Below are positions 12,060 through 24,601 of a DNA stretch of 64,000 nt, piece after piece. Each line of letters begins with the position of its first letter. Positions within the stretch are counted from its first letter, which is position 1. A program made the position numbers and the translations under genes. Source of the stretch: Octopus bimaculoides (lineage: Eukaryota); the NCBI RefSeq assembly GCF_001194135.2, contig NC_068987.1:24112581-24176580 (forward strand), in the 5' to 3' direction. The notes under the pieces are model-generated. The model did no database searches. It was not told the origin of the DNA and was given only the letters and a program-made list of their open reading frames with translations.

Positions 12060-13050
12060 ATTTGACAGATTGTCCTCATCCTGTTTGTTGTTAGCACAAA
12101 CAGGATGAGGACACAACATTTTGGCTGATATACCCTCCAGCCTTCATCAGGTGTCTTGGGGAAATTTTGAACCTGGGTTCTCATTCCTCAGGTATTTTTC
12201 GATGTTGTTGTTATTATTATTATTCAGGCCACTACCCTGAATCGAAATCTTGGGGTTTGTAACCCGTGCTCTTGACCACTATGCCATATGCCTGTGGGCA
12301 ATTATGGAGGGAATTTTAGGGCTTATAAATCTAATATTCTCCTATTCTTCCTTAATACCAGTTCCCTTATACTATTCATATCTGCACTTGGTCTGCTTAG
12401 GAGGTCGTTGTGTCCTAGCATATGTGCTGCTTCTTTTAGTTTTCATATTTTCCAGTGGTGTTCTGTCTATTATTTTAACTTCATTTTTCCATACATGATC
12501 AGCTATACCCGATTTATCAATATCTCCTTGTGTCACAGCTTTGCGATGCTCCTCTACACTTATTTTGAGGGGGCAACATGTTTCACCTTTGTATAACCTA
12601 CCACAGCTGCATGGGATGGAGTACACACAGTTTTTGGTCATATTCTCTTTTATTGGTAGTTTTACACGAAGGAGATATTTGCAAAGTGTTATATTACTCT
12701 TGAATACTGCTCTGATGTCATATGGGCTGCATATCTTTTATATCTTTTCGGAAAGGCCTTTCACATAGGGTAAACAGACTGTGGACAGTTTATTGGTTTC
12801 ATCCTCTCTTTTCTTCATAATTGGAGTGGATAGTATGTTTTTAGGGTAGTTGTTGCTTAATAGATTGTTACTGAGCTTGATTATTTCAAGTTATCACGAT
12901 CACTACTTATATTCTTTGCTCAATGTTTTAGGCACTGAGCAATCCCTCTCTTTATACTGTATGGATGGTGGGAATTGAAGTTGAGGTATCGTTCACTGAA
13001 GGTTGGCTTGCGGTATACTGATGTCCTGAATCCATACTTGGTGCCAATGA
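12060..13050 (-). mobile_element. Penelope-like element fragment (RT thumb, GIY-YIG endonuclease, terminal repeat region)
   Basis: GFRTSVYRKPTFSERYLNFNSHHP at ~12960-13035; VYSIPCSCGRLYKGET...EHR (GIY-YIG-like) at 12372-12641; hammerhead-like motif at 12110-12155. Confidence 0.8.
12110..12155 (-). ncRNA. Decayed minimal type I hammerhead ribozyme motif
   Basis: Minus strand GACAC-CTGATGA-AGGCTG(loop)CAGCC-AAAAT-GTT-GTGTC. Stems I and II and the CUGAUGA core are intact; GAAAC has become AAAAT. Confidence 0.55.
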
Positions 13051-14231
13051 GGAAACTTTTACATGGTCACATAATCTACAAGAAATTGCAACCAAGTCTT
13101 CCTCAAATTCTACCTTACCTTCATAAAATCAAATATATCCAATGTAAAAAAAAATCCTGAAATTTCACAATACAATCATTCTTTGTACAAGAGTTACTTG
13201 GCTGTAAAATTTATTCCTTACAGCTGTCATTTCCCTAAACTTAGCATTGCAACTATTTCTTCAACTCACAAAAATTAGACCTCATTTTAAACTACATATC
13301 CTTTTTTGTGAGTTCTACTAATATAATAATGAGGTAGTCATAGTGACCATAATGGGTTATAATTACAAAGCTCAGCTTTTTATCCAACTTTCTGGGCTGA
13401 CATCTCACTACTATTCTGATGAAGGCATTAGAACTACATTCTTTTCCGATGAATGTACCTCATTTCTTTTGTTACCCATTTTCACCCTGTATTATAATTT
13501 AGTTCTTCAATGTTTGATATATTGACATATGCTTTGCTTGAACACACCATCAGTGTCACTGAGTGTTCTGGATCTTAAAACATACAACCTCATTCAGGCA
13601 ATCCAACCTTGATCGATCAAGCCTAAGGTAAACAGCATTCTACTGATGCCATTAACCATCTCTTTTCAACTAGAACCATCTAGACACTTTCTGAACAACT
13701 ATATTGTTCTTGATTCTTTTGCTTGTTCCTGTAATACCCAGATTTCCATAGACCTGACTTAAAGTATGAACTGTAAACCCTCAGCTGCTAAGCTCCATTG
13801 GCAAAAACTTTGTTCTCCACCCACTCTTACAACAGTCATCCACCAACTTCTGGTAATTGGCTCTCTTCCACTCATGTGCCTCCTGCATCCTCTCCTTCTA
13901 GGGCATAATTAATTCCAATAGGACTAACTATCTCTCAGTCACTTTTCTCAAGTGTCACTCATCAAATTTGTCATCCCTCTCTTCCAAATTTTCTGACTCT
14001 ACAGTCAACAATTCATAGTTAATTCATCAATTGATTAGTTTCCCAGAGTCTTCTGCCACAGGCTGTGACATAAACACTGATAAGTCCCCTCTCTTTAATA
14101 GTTTCTCAAAATCAGTTAACTAATTACTTAACACAAAAGTAAATTAAAACCAGTGAGTAGGTTATTATTGGCAGAACGGTGCTCCCAAAATACATCAACA
14201 CAATCTCATATCAGAAATATTGTGAAGCAGA

Positions 14232-14457
14232 GGTAGCGAGCTGGCAGAAACGTTAACATGCCAGGCGAAATGCTTATCGGTATTTCGTCTGCTGTTACGT
14301 TCTGAGTTCAAATTCCGCCGAGGTCGACTTTGCCTTTCATCCTTTCGGGGTCGATAAATTAAGTACCAGTTACGCGCTGGGGTCGATTTAATCCCTTTGT
14401 CTGTCCTTGTTTTTCCCCTCTATGTTTAGCCCCTTGTGGGCAATAAAGAAATAAGAA
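14232..14457 (+). mobile_element. Near full-length tRNA-derived SINE
   Basis: A-box-like GAGCTGGCAGAA, B-box-like GAGTTCAAATTCC, central GCCTTTCATCCTTTCGGGGTCGATAAATTAAGTACCAG, A-rich end. Further copies at ~33685-33900(-), 41420-41545(-), 43395-43540(+), 57100-57300(+). Confidence 0.85.
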
Positions 14458-14593
14458 ATCTTGTAAAGCAGATACAAAAGTGACATATTTTTATATCTGT
14501 GTAACCAGCTTGGATATCAAAGTTAACCCAGAATATATCAGTAGAGAATATCACACATCTATATAAAGTTTAATAATAAATTATAACTACACT

Positions 14594-14775
14594 TCATCAT
14601 CATCATCATTTAATGTCCGTTGTCCATGCTGGCATGGGTTGGACAGTTTGACCAGGGCTGGCANNNNNNNNNNTGGGTTGGACAGTTTGACCAGGGCTGG
14701 CAGGCTGGAAGGCTGCACCAGACTCCAGCCTGATTTGGCATGGTTTCTATGGTTGGATGCCCTTCCTAACACCAC
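14594..14775 (-). mobile_element. Retroposon 3' end with (GAT)n tail, spanning a 10-N gap (14664-14673)
   Basis: Same family as 23925-24190. Confidence 0.75.
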
Positions 14776-16425
14776 CTTGACACATGTAAATCTGTATTCA
14801 ATTTCATTACTATGTTTCTGAATATTCTAGAAAAAAAGTTAAAAGAAATTTCAAGCTTATGCTTGAGAAAGAAAGACGATAACACTATATAAAAATATTG
14901 CAAATAGGTGAGATTTAAAAAAAATTAAACTGTGAATAGTTTATTGAAGAATTTCTCAACTATGGAGAATATCTGGCTGGTGTGGTATGATGAAATAGAT
15001 TGTTTTAAAAAAAGTTAGGCATACAGGGTGTCCAAAAGTTATCTTTACAACTATTACATTAAAGTTGAGCTCCATCAATCAACTTCTTTGCATATTAAAT
15101 AAATATCATTGAAGTTTTAATATTTAAATTACTTTTCTTTGTCTTTAAAGAGGCTTATTATATACTTATTTTTCATTTCTAACTGAATCTTTCAAATTGT
15201 AATGGTAATTTATGAACAACCTGTATTAAATACTAAAACAGTTATTTATAATTTTCCATATAATCAATTATTATACTCTGATGTATTCACATTAGCATCC
15301 TCATCTTGGTTGTTATTGTCACAATGTTTTGGATGATGTATCCTCCAGCCTTCTTCGAGTGTCTGTCATATTCAGTTACATACAATAGATTATTCTTATG
15401 CTGTTGTTCAAAGACATTCTCTTCCATCTGATACTGCAAGATCAGTCTGCATAAACCAGAGATTAGCTGGAGTTTAGCTGAATTCAGCTAAACTATGAAT
15501 AAAGAGGAAAAGAAAGTTTATACTTCTTAATTTCCACCAACTGTCCAATGGGGTAACAAAGTAATGAATATAATCATAAAGTGCTAACTGTAGTAGTTTT
15601 GCTAGTTGAGTTATATAATAGCTTAAGTTAGTAGGTTATCAGGGGGTTCAGTTGAAACTCTGACTATGTTACTGAATATAGCAGGAACCTAATAGTTGGA
15701 GGTTAAAATGGTTGAAACCTTATGACAACAACCACAATGAAAGTACTCATCTGAATATCCCTATTTAATAATAACCTACATAAATGTTGGATGGTTATTT
15801 GATTCCGCTAGTTATTTTATGTCATATAGAATAAGGTAAAAGAGAGTAAATGAGATACAAGAGATTTAACATCAGTGACATAGGGTGACTGTAAATACTA
15901 GGTTTATTGGCAGGAGTAAGAAAGGGAATAAATACAGAGTACTTATGGGAGGAGTTATCCAAATGGGAAATTTGCTTCATTTCATTGTATTTCAAGGAAA
16001 TATTTTTCTTTTGAAAATTAATACTCATTTTATCATTTTGTACAAGTATTAAGAAATTTGATAAAAATTGAATTATAATTATTATATGCCATTCACAGTG
16101 GCGATGGGTAATATTCTAGTATCAGTGTATAATAATAATTCCTTAACTCAGAACTCATGACAAAATTTTAATTAAAGTAACATAAAATTAAATGGATCCA
16201 ACTTTCATTCATTTCTGTAATAAAAATATTACATTGACTGTCACATAAAAATTCCAATATTTCATTGTATTGTCTCACAAAATTTCCTTCTCATGAAGTA
16301 ATAATAATTTGCACAATTTCTTCCAAGTAATTCTATGTTTAATGGTTTATCTTGCATTTAACGTCATTAGTGGTTAGTCAAACTACCATTTTTAACAGCT
16401 GCTCTTCAACTGAAACCATGAGGAG

Positions 16426-17598
16426 TCACTCACCATTGTGAATACGTCTGTGGCGAGATAAATTCTGGTTATCAGCATATGATTTACCACAAATATCACA
16501 GCTGTATGGTCTTTCACCTGTGTGACCACGTATATGAAGAGTTAAATGACCTTTTTGAGAGAAGGATTTACCACAACTATCACAGTGAAATGGATTCTCA
16601 CCAGTGTGAATACGTACATGTTGAGTTAAATGACCATTTTGAGAGAATGTTTTACCACAGATATCACAATGATATGGTTTCTCCCCAGTGTGCATACGTA
16701 TGTGTATAGTTAAACTATTACTCACAGCAAATCTTTTCCCACAGATATCACAGTGGTATGGGTTGTCACCCGTGTGCAAGCGTTTATGTCTATTTAATGT
16801 GCTATTACCTGAGAATGTTTTTCCACAAATATCACAGTAAAATGGCTTCTCTCCTGTGTGAACTTGTTTGTGACGAGTCAACTTATTAGATTCAGAAAAC
16901 GTTTTCCCACAGATATCACAATGGTATGGTTTCTCACCAGTGTGAATGTGTTTGTGCTTAGTCATACTACCTCTTTCGGAGAATGTTTTCCCACAGACAT
17001 CACAGTAATAGGGCTTTTCATTTGTGTGAATGTATTTGTGTCTATTCAAATCATAACCTCGGGAAAATGTTTTAGCACAAATTCCACATTGATATGGTTT
17101 CTCTCCTGTGTGGACACGCTTATGAACAGTTAACACACTATTTTGTGAAAATGTTTTACCACAAATATCACAGTGATATGGTTTCTCACCTGAATGAGTA
17201 TATTTGTGTGCAGACAAATGACCTTTCTGAGAGAATGTTCTACTACAAACATCACAGTGGTATGGCTTTTCACCAGTATGAATACGTTTGTGCTTGGTCA
17301 AATTACTACTGTCAGTGAAAATTTTGCCACAAATTATGCATTGGTAAATTTTCTCCTCTTTCTGAACATTTTTAAGCAAAGACAACGGACCATTTTTGGT
17401 AATGTTAAAATATTTAAGTTTTGAGTTTGTCTGTTGTAAGTTTTGCTTAAATAACAAGTTACATTTAGTAAATGTCTTATTGTTGATGTTTAAGTGATAT
17501 GCTGTTTTCTGTGCATTTACATATGTCTGAAGAGATGTGTCACTGAAGTTGAGCTGTGTTTGAGCATACAATTGACTTTTGTAAAGTTTATCCTCCAT
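16426..17598 (-). CDS. C2H2 ZNF gene 2, 390 aa, 11 fingers, MEDKL leader
   Basis: Intact ORF with TGEKP linkers. Ends at TGA inside the last linker, with a decayed 12th finger downstream. Confidence 0.92.
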   Translation of the reverse strand: MEDKLYKSQLYAQTQLNFSDTSLQTYVNAQKTAYHLNINNKTFTKCNLLFKQNLQQTNSKLKYFNITKNGPLSLLKNVQKEEKIYQCIICGKIFTDSSNLTKHKRIHTGEKPYHCDVCSRTFSQKGHLSAHKYTHSGEKPYHCDICGKTFSQNSVLTVHKRVHTGEKPYQCGICAKTFSRGYDLNRHKYIHTNEKPYYCDVCGKTFSERGSMTKHKHIHTGEKPYHCDICGKTFSESNKLTRHKQVHTGEKPFYCDICGKTFSGNSTLNRHKRLHTGDNPYHCDICGKRFAVSNSLTIHIRMHTGEKPYHCDICGKTFSQNGHLTQHVRIHTGENPFHCDSCGKSFSQKGHLTLHIRGHTGERPYSCDICGKSYADNQNLSRHRRIHNGE

Positions 17599-18194
17599 AG
17601 CTTCCTTATAAATCTAGAAAAAGATTATTTTCAAATGTAGTATAATAAATAAAGATGCTCGGACACGTTTCAAGATTTACTGCATCTATTCCAGTTTTAT
17701 CAAGTGTATCTCTGTTGCAGGATGGTCACACTGTGTCTCTGCATAATGTAAAAGGCATATAAAAAGCTTGACAGCAAGAAGGGGATCTGGCTGTAAAATG
17801 TTGCCTCAGACAACACATGACTCATGCCAGCATGGAAAAGCAGCTATAAAACAGTGATGATGATTCTCAACAATTTCTGAAGTAGTAATGTATTTTTTCT
17901 TACCATAAAAAGTGATATTTGACAACATCTGTAGACGTATCAATCATAAAGAAACTGTTATAAATCATTTTATTGGTTTTTTTTTTCTTGGAGTTAAAGT
18001 GGAATTAGAAACTAACAAATAAACTGACTCCAGTTCTCAGGAAGACAAACAGATATGGAAGTCATTACGCCAAGACAGTCCCTATGTTATCATGTTTATA
18101 CTGTAATCTGTTTATAAACTTAATTTAAATTTCACAGAAACTTAATTAAGGTTATAAAGAACAGTTTTTTTTTGATAATGCTTGTCTTCTGTTT

Positions 18195-18242
18195 TCAAAA
18201 TTTGATATATTTCTGGATATATCTTGAATCAGTAATTACCAT
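18195..18242 (-). other. Candidate uORF MVITDSRYIQKYIKF in the leader of gene 2
   Basis: Same start, length (48 nt) and stop in genes 4 (37017-37064) and 6 (62453-62500). Confidence 0.4.
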
Positions 18243-18261
18243 TTCAATGTTCCCACAAACT

Positions 18262-20098
18262 CTGAAATAAAGAATATAAGGTAGAAAGGACAATGAAAAG
18301 TGAACATGCAAATTATGAGAGAAGGATCTTAAACAAACATGAAATATTGTAATAATATAGAAAAGTTTAAAAAAATACATAGAGGAAAGACACAATAATA
18401 TGGATGATGTGATAAGAGGATGGGGACTTAAGACATATATGGGGACATATATGTATATGTGTGTGTATATGTTTGTGTGTCTGTGTTTGTCCCTCCAACA
18501 TCGCTTGACAACAGATGCTGGTGTGTTTATGTGTCCATAACTTAGCGGTTCGGCAAAAGAGAACCGATAGAATAAGTATTAGGCATCCAAAGAATAAGTC
18601 CTGGGGTTGAGTTGCTCGACTAAAGACGGTGCTCCAGCATGGCCGCAGTCAAATGACTGAAACAAGTAAAAGAGTAAGAGTAGGGAAGAAATTCTAGAAG
18701 ATCAACAAACTAACAAGGAAGAATTGGTAAAAGTACTTGGTGTGGGACCTAGCGGTGTAGACACCAGCCCCCACCGACACACACAATTTCACACACACAG
18801 TAAAATGAGATACAAGAGTCAGAAGTGCCTGAGTTAGGTGATAGGAGACTGGTCAATGATGGAATGACAGAAGAGATACCATGATTGTGGGTCAGAAGTT
18901 GGAATGTACTGGTGAGTGACTTCAGGCCAATTAGTCGGGTGCCCTTTCTCTGGATGTGTGTCCAGGATGGCTGTGTGTATCCACTTAATGGGCTTCTGCA
19001 CAATTTCCGTCAACTCAATTTCACTCACAAGATCGAACTGAGACTATTTGCCCAAGATGTCTCGAAGTGAGAAAGAGAGAGAGGGAGAGGGTAAGCTATC
19101 GTAAAGACAAGGCCTACAGTAGTTGATGGGATTGGAATGCTCTTTTACTTGAAACAGTTAATGAAAACTATTTTGATATAAATTACACTGATGTTAAGTA
19201 ATGTATAATCATTTCGTTGTTATATAAATGTTTTTTGTTGAACTATTTATTATTATGTCTAAATTCACGCCTTAACACACCAATTAAAAACGTGGATACA
19301 TTATTACAGAAAATAAACAATGAATGTTTTCATTTAGTAATTGTCTATAAGCATGTTATTTAGCACGTGTCTGATCAGAAACTGTCGGACGAGAAACTAC
19401 AAACAACGATAAGAAAGCAAGTAGAATTAGAAATTTAAAACAATTTTATCACGACTGATTATTGTTTAACATCTCCATTCATTTTGATGTTTTTAGATTT
19501 TGTTAAAGTAAATATAATTAAGCGCACGGAATACAATATAAATATATGTATATTTATTGTCAAAACAAATTCTTGATAGAATTCAGTAGGCTCCGTTGAA
19601 CCTTGGGGTGTGCAACCAATTGCTACACTTCGTGCTGCATTGATGTCCTTCCCTCTTCTTCTCTTTTTCTTTTCTCTCCCTATTTTTTTCTTTTCGTTGT
19701 CTTCTTTTGTAAAAGCTTATATTATGGAAGAATCATCACTATTGTTACATTAATAAAAATTTAGAATTCAAAGACACTTAAAAAAACCGACACAGAAAGT
19801 CAACGTGACAAGCTATAAATCGGGAATTCTAGATGTCCAAAATATATTAAAACTGTATAAATTGATTTGACTGAAATTCAATTAATAAAGTAGTATGATA
19901 ATGGGAAACATTATAATAATCCGTCACAGTTAATAGCAAATACTTCAAGATCATGCATATTGACCATGAATAGTTTCAAAAACTGAACACCAGAATGATT
20001 TTTCCATGAATGTAAATAACAACTTGCCAGCTTAGTCTACGTAGATGTTACTACACATATTATTTAACAATTAGCTACTGAAAAACAGATCAACTTAC
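18262..20098 (-). other. Predicted intron 1 of gene 2
   Basis: Donor ACTTAC at 20093-20098; acceptor TTCTTTATTTCAG (CTG at 18262-18264). Confidence 0.62.
18445..18680 (+). mobile_element. SINE 3' part inside intron 1 of gene 2
   Basis: Homologous to 40-245. Confidence 0.8.
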
Positions 20099-20298
20099 TG
20101 TTTCCTTTCTGTTTTTCACACTATTTGGTGAAATAATGAAAGTCGAACTGCTTTGTGGACATCTACGAACATATTGTAGTAAACAGCAATGTTTACGCGA
20201 AATGTAGTAAACATATATTTGACGAAGTTCATTGACAACATACGACACAAGCCTGTCATAATACTGTAATGCAGACCTAATTAATCCAGAGAATCATT

Positions 20299-20316
20299 GG
20301 CCGTACTTTCGTAAAA
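20299..20316 (-). promoter_or_regulatory. Candidate promoter motif of gene 2
   Basis: GGCCGTACTTTCGTAAAA, ~200 bp upstream of the donor. Confidence 0.55.
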
Positions 20317-21729
20317 GGACCTTTCAGTCACTTACCATTTTGTTTTTTAAATATACACAAGACGTAGAATGAAAAACCTCCTTTAAATAATACAAATTAT
20401 GAAGACTGTAAGCATTTCCATTAATGTTGATATCACCAAAAGGTTTAGAAAGAAACATTTGTAGTAGTAGGCATGCCTATGTGCGAAGAAGCTTCATGCC
20501 CATCCTGCGGTTACAAGTTAAATTTCACTGTATGGCACCTTGGCAATTGCTCCAGGCTGACCAAAGCTTTATAAGTGGATTTGATAGACAGAAACTGAAA
20601 AAAAAGCTTGTTGCATAATATGTGTGTGTAAGCCATCTAAGAATCCATAAGTCTGGAAAAAATGCACTTGTACATCTGTCAGTAGAATGGGTATATTAAT
20701 TGAAGTGTACAGTATTATATATCCATTACAGCCGATTTTACCAATTGGCTTCACACTCAAGATTCAACAAAGTGTTAAGTAACAGTCTGATTATTTAACC
20801 CTGCACTCTTCAGAGGTAACCATTATGGAATGAAATATGGCGACTCTTTTCTTTTCAATCATCTTCTCCTGCAGCAGCCTTGTGTACAAAGGAGTTGCCA
20901 TATATATATTAGTGTAAGTTTGGAGGGCTATATCTGGGCGGATACCGTGCTGGCTCTCAGTTATGTTCTAGGTTACAGGTAACCACATTGATTACTAACC
21001 ATAAAAATATGCTGTATGAATTTATAAAGTAAAAGGAAATAATCTCCTATGTCATTATGATTATTGTTTATATATGTGTGTGTTTGTTTATCACCCACTA
21101 CTGCTTGACAACCTGTGTTGGTTTGTTTACATCCTTGCAACTTAGTAATTCACCAAAAAGAAACTGATAAAATAAGTACTGGGGACAATTTGACAAAATC
21201 CCTTAAGGCAGTGCCCCAGCATGGCTACAGTCCAATGACTGAAACAAATAAAACGAAAAAAAGGAAAAATAGGAAATACTTCAGTTCATTGATAGAAATG
21301 GAATCTAATGTTTTGGGGTTGTTCTTTTATCTAAGATGTGTTCTCATATGTCACTATGATAAATATATAAATAAACTGGAAAAGAAAAACATTAAGCAAT
21401 GGCTAAAATATTTCCATTGTCTCAGCAAGTAAGGAAGACAACTCCAGACTTGTTTAGAGTTTATTCTGAGCTCAACAACATTTCAAAATTATCAGTTTAT
21501 ATGGCTTCTAATTGAAACAATATCTTTCAAAACATCCTTCATGTACACTGTACTTTACTAAATAACAATTAAGTCTATAAATACAGTTGTAAGATTTCAA
21601 ATATTCTATGTTCAAGGAAAACTAAAAAAAAATGGTTTTGCAATGCAAGGTTCCAACCAAGTTCTGGTATCAATGAAAATATAGTATAAAACAATACTTT
21701 GGAGAAATTCATAATTTTCAGTTATCTAA

Positions 21730-23420
21730 AGTCAGCTTATTCTTATTCTTGCAGCTATGCTCTTGGAGCAGCCACCTCCGCTACTGACTGGGTCACCTAG
21801 ATAGCGGAAGCTATCAACTACCTCTAGCTTACCCTCCTGGCATTTGATAGAGTCTATTGTCTGTACATTTTTAGTGTTTATTGTACCAGTGCACCTTCCA
21901 CACACAAAACCCATTTTCCCAGTTAACCTTCCTCTGATATTGTTGCTCCTCTTATGTATCTGTAGCTTGCACTAGGTACATCTTATGGAATTTCTATCTT
22001 CACTTTTCCTACAGATGAGCAGGGTCATCTACCTGAAGGGATTTGTGATTTGTCTGCTTTCCTACTTACTAAGACTTTGGCTTTTGCTGGGTTAACTTTA
22101 AAGCCCTTTGATTCTAGACCTTGCTTCTACATCTGAAACTTCTTCTCTAGTTCTGGTAGTGTGATTCAGCAATCAGAACAAGGTCATCAGCACAGAGAAG
22201 CTCCCAAGGGCAACCCATCTTAAATTCCTCCGTTATTGCCTGGAGGACTATGATGAGCAAGGGGGGGGGGCTCAGGACTGATCCTTGGTGAACCCCTACT
22301 TGTACCTTGAATTCATTACTATATTTGTTGCCAACCCTCACCTTACTGACAGCATCCCTGTACATGGCTTGTACATCTCTCACCAACCACTCATCTGTCC
22401 CTAGGTTCTGCATTGACCACCAGATAAGGGATCAGGGGACCCTGTCAAAGGCTTTCACCATGTCAATAAAAGCCAAGTACAGAGGTTTGTCTTTGCCTAG
22501 GTACTTCTCCTGCAGCTGTCTTACAAGAAATATAGCATCAGTAATGCTTCTCCTTGGCACAAAACCAAACTACATCTCATCTAGACTAACTCTCTCCCTA
22601 ATTAGTTGGGTTATGACCCTCTCTGTGACTTTCATCACCTGATCCAATAAATTGATATTGCTGTAATTATTTCTAACTCATCACCTTTACCTTTGTAGCA
22701 TTTGACTATGATGCTGCTACACCATAATCAACTGGGCATGACTCCTTTATGTACTACCTGATTAACTATATGGGTGACTAAACTATAATCCACACTGCCA
22801 GATATTTTAAGCATCTCAGCAGTTATTCCTGATGGGCCGGAGACTTTCCCCATCTTCATATCCTTCATAGCTTTGTCTACAATGCTACTGTCTATTCGGA
22901 TTTCTGGTCCCTCTGTTGGAACAACATTACACAGACTCTCCTTCTCCCATGAGTTCTCTGTATTTAGTCGCCTTTCATAGTGGCACTTCCAAACCTCTTT
23001 CCTTGCAGAGTCACTAACTGTAAGTGAACCATTATCCATGTGAACACGCTTCTCCCACACCACAGTTTTCCCTGACACACTGCCTTGCAAACTGAAACAC
23101 TTCAAGCCACTGGTCCTCTAGTTACAGAACATTAGCAAACCCCTTCCCTTCTGCTTCACCCCTGGCTAAGTATACCTACTTCCTAGCCTCCCTTCTAGCT
23201 GCCTGATACAGTTCCTTGCTACCACCACCCTTCCAGTCCTTTCAAGCCTGATTCTTAGCTCTAATGGCTCTGTCAACTTCATTGTTCCACTACTAAGTTA
23301 TCCTCTATATTGCAAGTCTGTAACTCCTCCTCATCAAATGCTTCAGTTAGGAAGTCCCTAAACCTCTGATTATTCAGAGTCCTTAAGATTCCAGATCTTT
23401 CTTTTCCAAACTGCCTTGCT
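21730..23420 (-). mobile_element. Degenerate RTE-like LINE (linker, RT, thumb)
   Basis: GVHQGSVLSP and LCADDLVL RT motifs at 22147-22413; GKVSGPSGITAEMLK at 22728-23105; FVCGRC...FRYLGD at 21732-21914. Frameshifted. Confidence 0.85.
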
Positions 23421-23618
23421 TCTTGGAATATATATATATAATAATAATAATATTAGGGACAAAATCCAAAATTACAGGTAAAAAACTCAATTAAAATCAA
23501 TTTATAAAAAATAAAAATTAAATTGAGCCTTATAGATAAAGTATATATAAAATATATAGTTTTAGGGAAAATAACCAATTTTCAAGAACTCATCGATGAA
23601 AATCCACTATCACATATA

Positions 23619-23886
23619 NNNNNNNNNNNNNNNNNNNNNNNNNNNNNNNNNNNNNNNNNNNNNNNNNNNNNNNNNNNNNNNNNNNNNNNNNNNNNNNNNN
23701 NNNNNNNNNNNNNNNNNNNNNNNNNNNNNNNNNNNNNNNNNNNNNNNNNNNNNNNNNNNNNNNNNNNNNNNNNNNNNNNNNNNNNNNNNNNNNNNNNNNN
23801 NNNNNNNNNNNNNNNNNNNNNNNNNNNNNNNNNNNNNNNNNNNNNNNNNNNNNNNNNNNNNNNNNNNNNNNNNNNNNNNNNNNNNN
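23619..23886. other. Assembly gap (N run)
   Basis: Run of N flanked by (TA)n. Confidence 1.
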
Positions 23887-23921
<35 letters not shown>

Positions 23922-23924
23922 TAT

Positions 23925-24190
23925 TTCATCATCGTCATCATTTAACATCTGTTGTCCTTGCTGGCATGGATTGGATGGTTTGACCAGGGCTGGCAGGCTA
24001 GAAGGCTGCACCAGACTCCAGTCTGATTTAGCATGGTTTCTACAACTGGGTGCTCTTCCTAACGCCAACCACTCCAAGAGTGTAATGGGCGCTTTTACGT
24101 GCCACTGACATGGGTGCCATTTGCATGACACCAGAATCTGCCATGACTGCAATTTTACTTGGCTTGATGGGTTTTCTCAAGCACAGCATG
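23925..24190 (-). mobile_element. Retroposon 3' end with (GAT)n tail
   Basis: CATCATCGTCATCATTTTAACATC...GGCTGCACCAGACTCCAG; matches 14594-14775. Confidence 0.75.
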
Positions 24191-24601
24191 ATGCCAAAGG
24201 TCTTCGCCATTCATCACTGCTTCTGCTTCTGTGAGGCAATGATGAATGTATGTATATACACACATGTGTGTGCACGTGTGCACTGCAGATTGGTGTCTGA
24301 AAGGAAAACATGTACAAGGAAGGAGTTTTAGAGACAAAAGTTTTCTTTTTATTGAAGGTTTTTGTGTATGAGACAGAGTAGGTGATGACAAAAGGAAAAT
24401 CAAATGTATTTTGTGCATTTGTGTGGCTGATATAATACTTCACTGCAAGAAGTTTCAGTTTATGTTTATCAGAGACAAAATAAGACAATGAAAAACATAG
24501 TTTCTGAATTGCACCAACCTCCTACTTTTTCTAATCTGAATCACAAGAATCTTATGTAGCTTCATAAAAATAACAGTTCTTATAAATTCTTTAAAATGAT
24601 T

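Noticed and set aside
14635-14702. 29-bp direct repeat flanking a 10-N gap
   Set aside because: Most likely an unmerged contig overlap rather than a real duplication.
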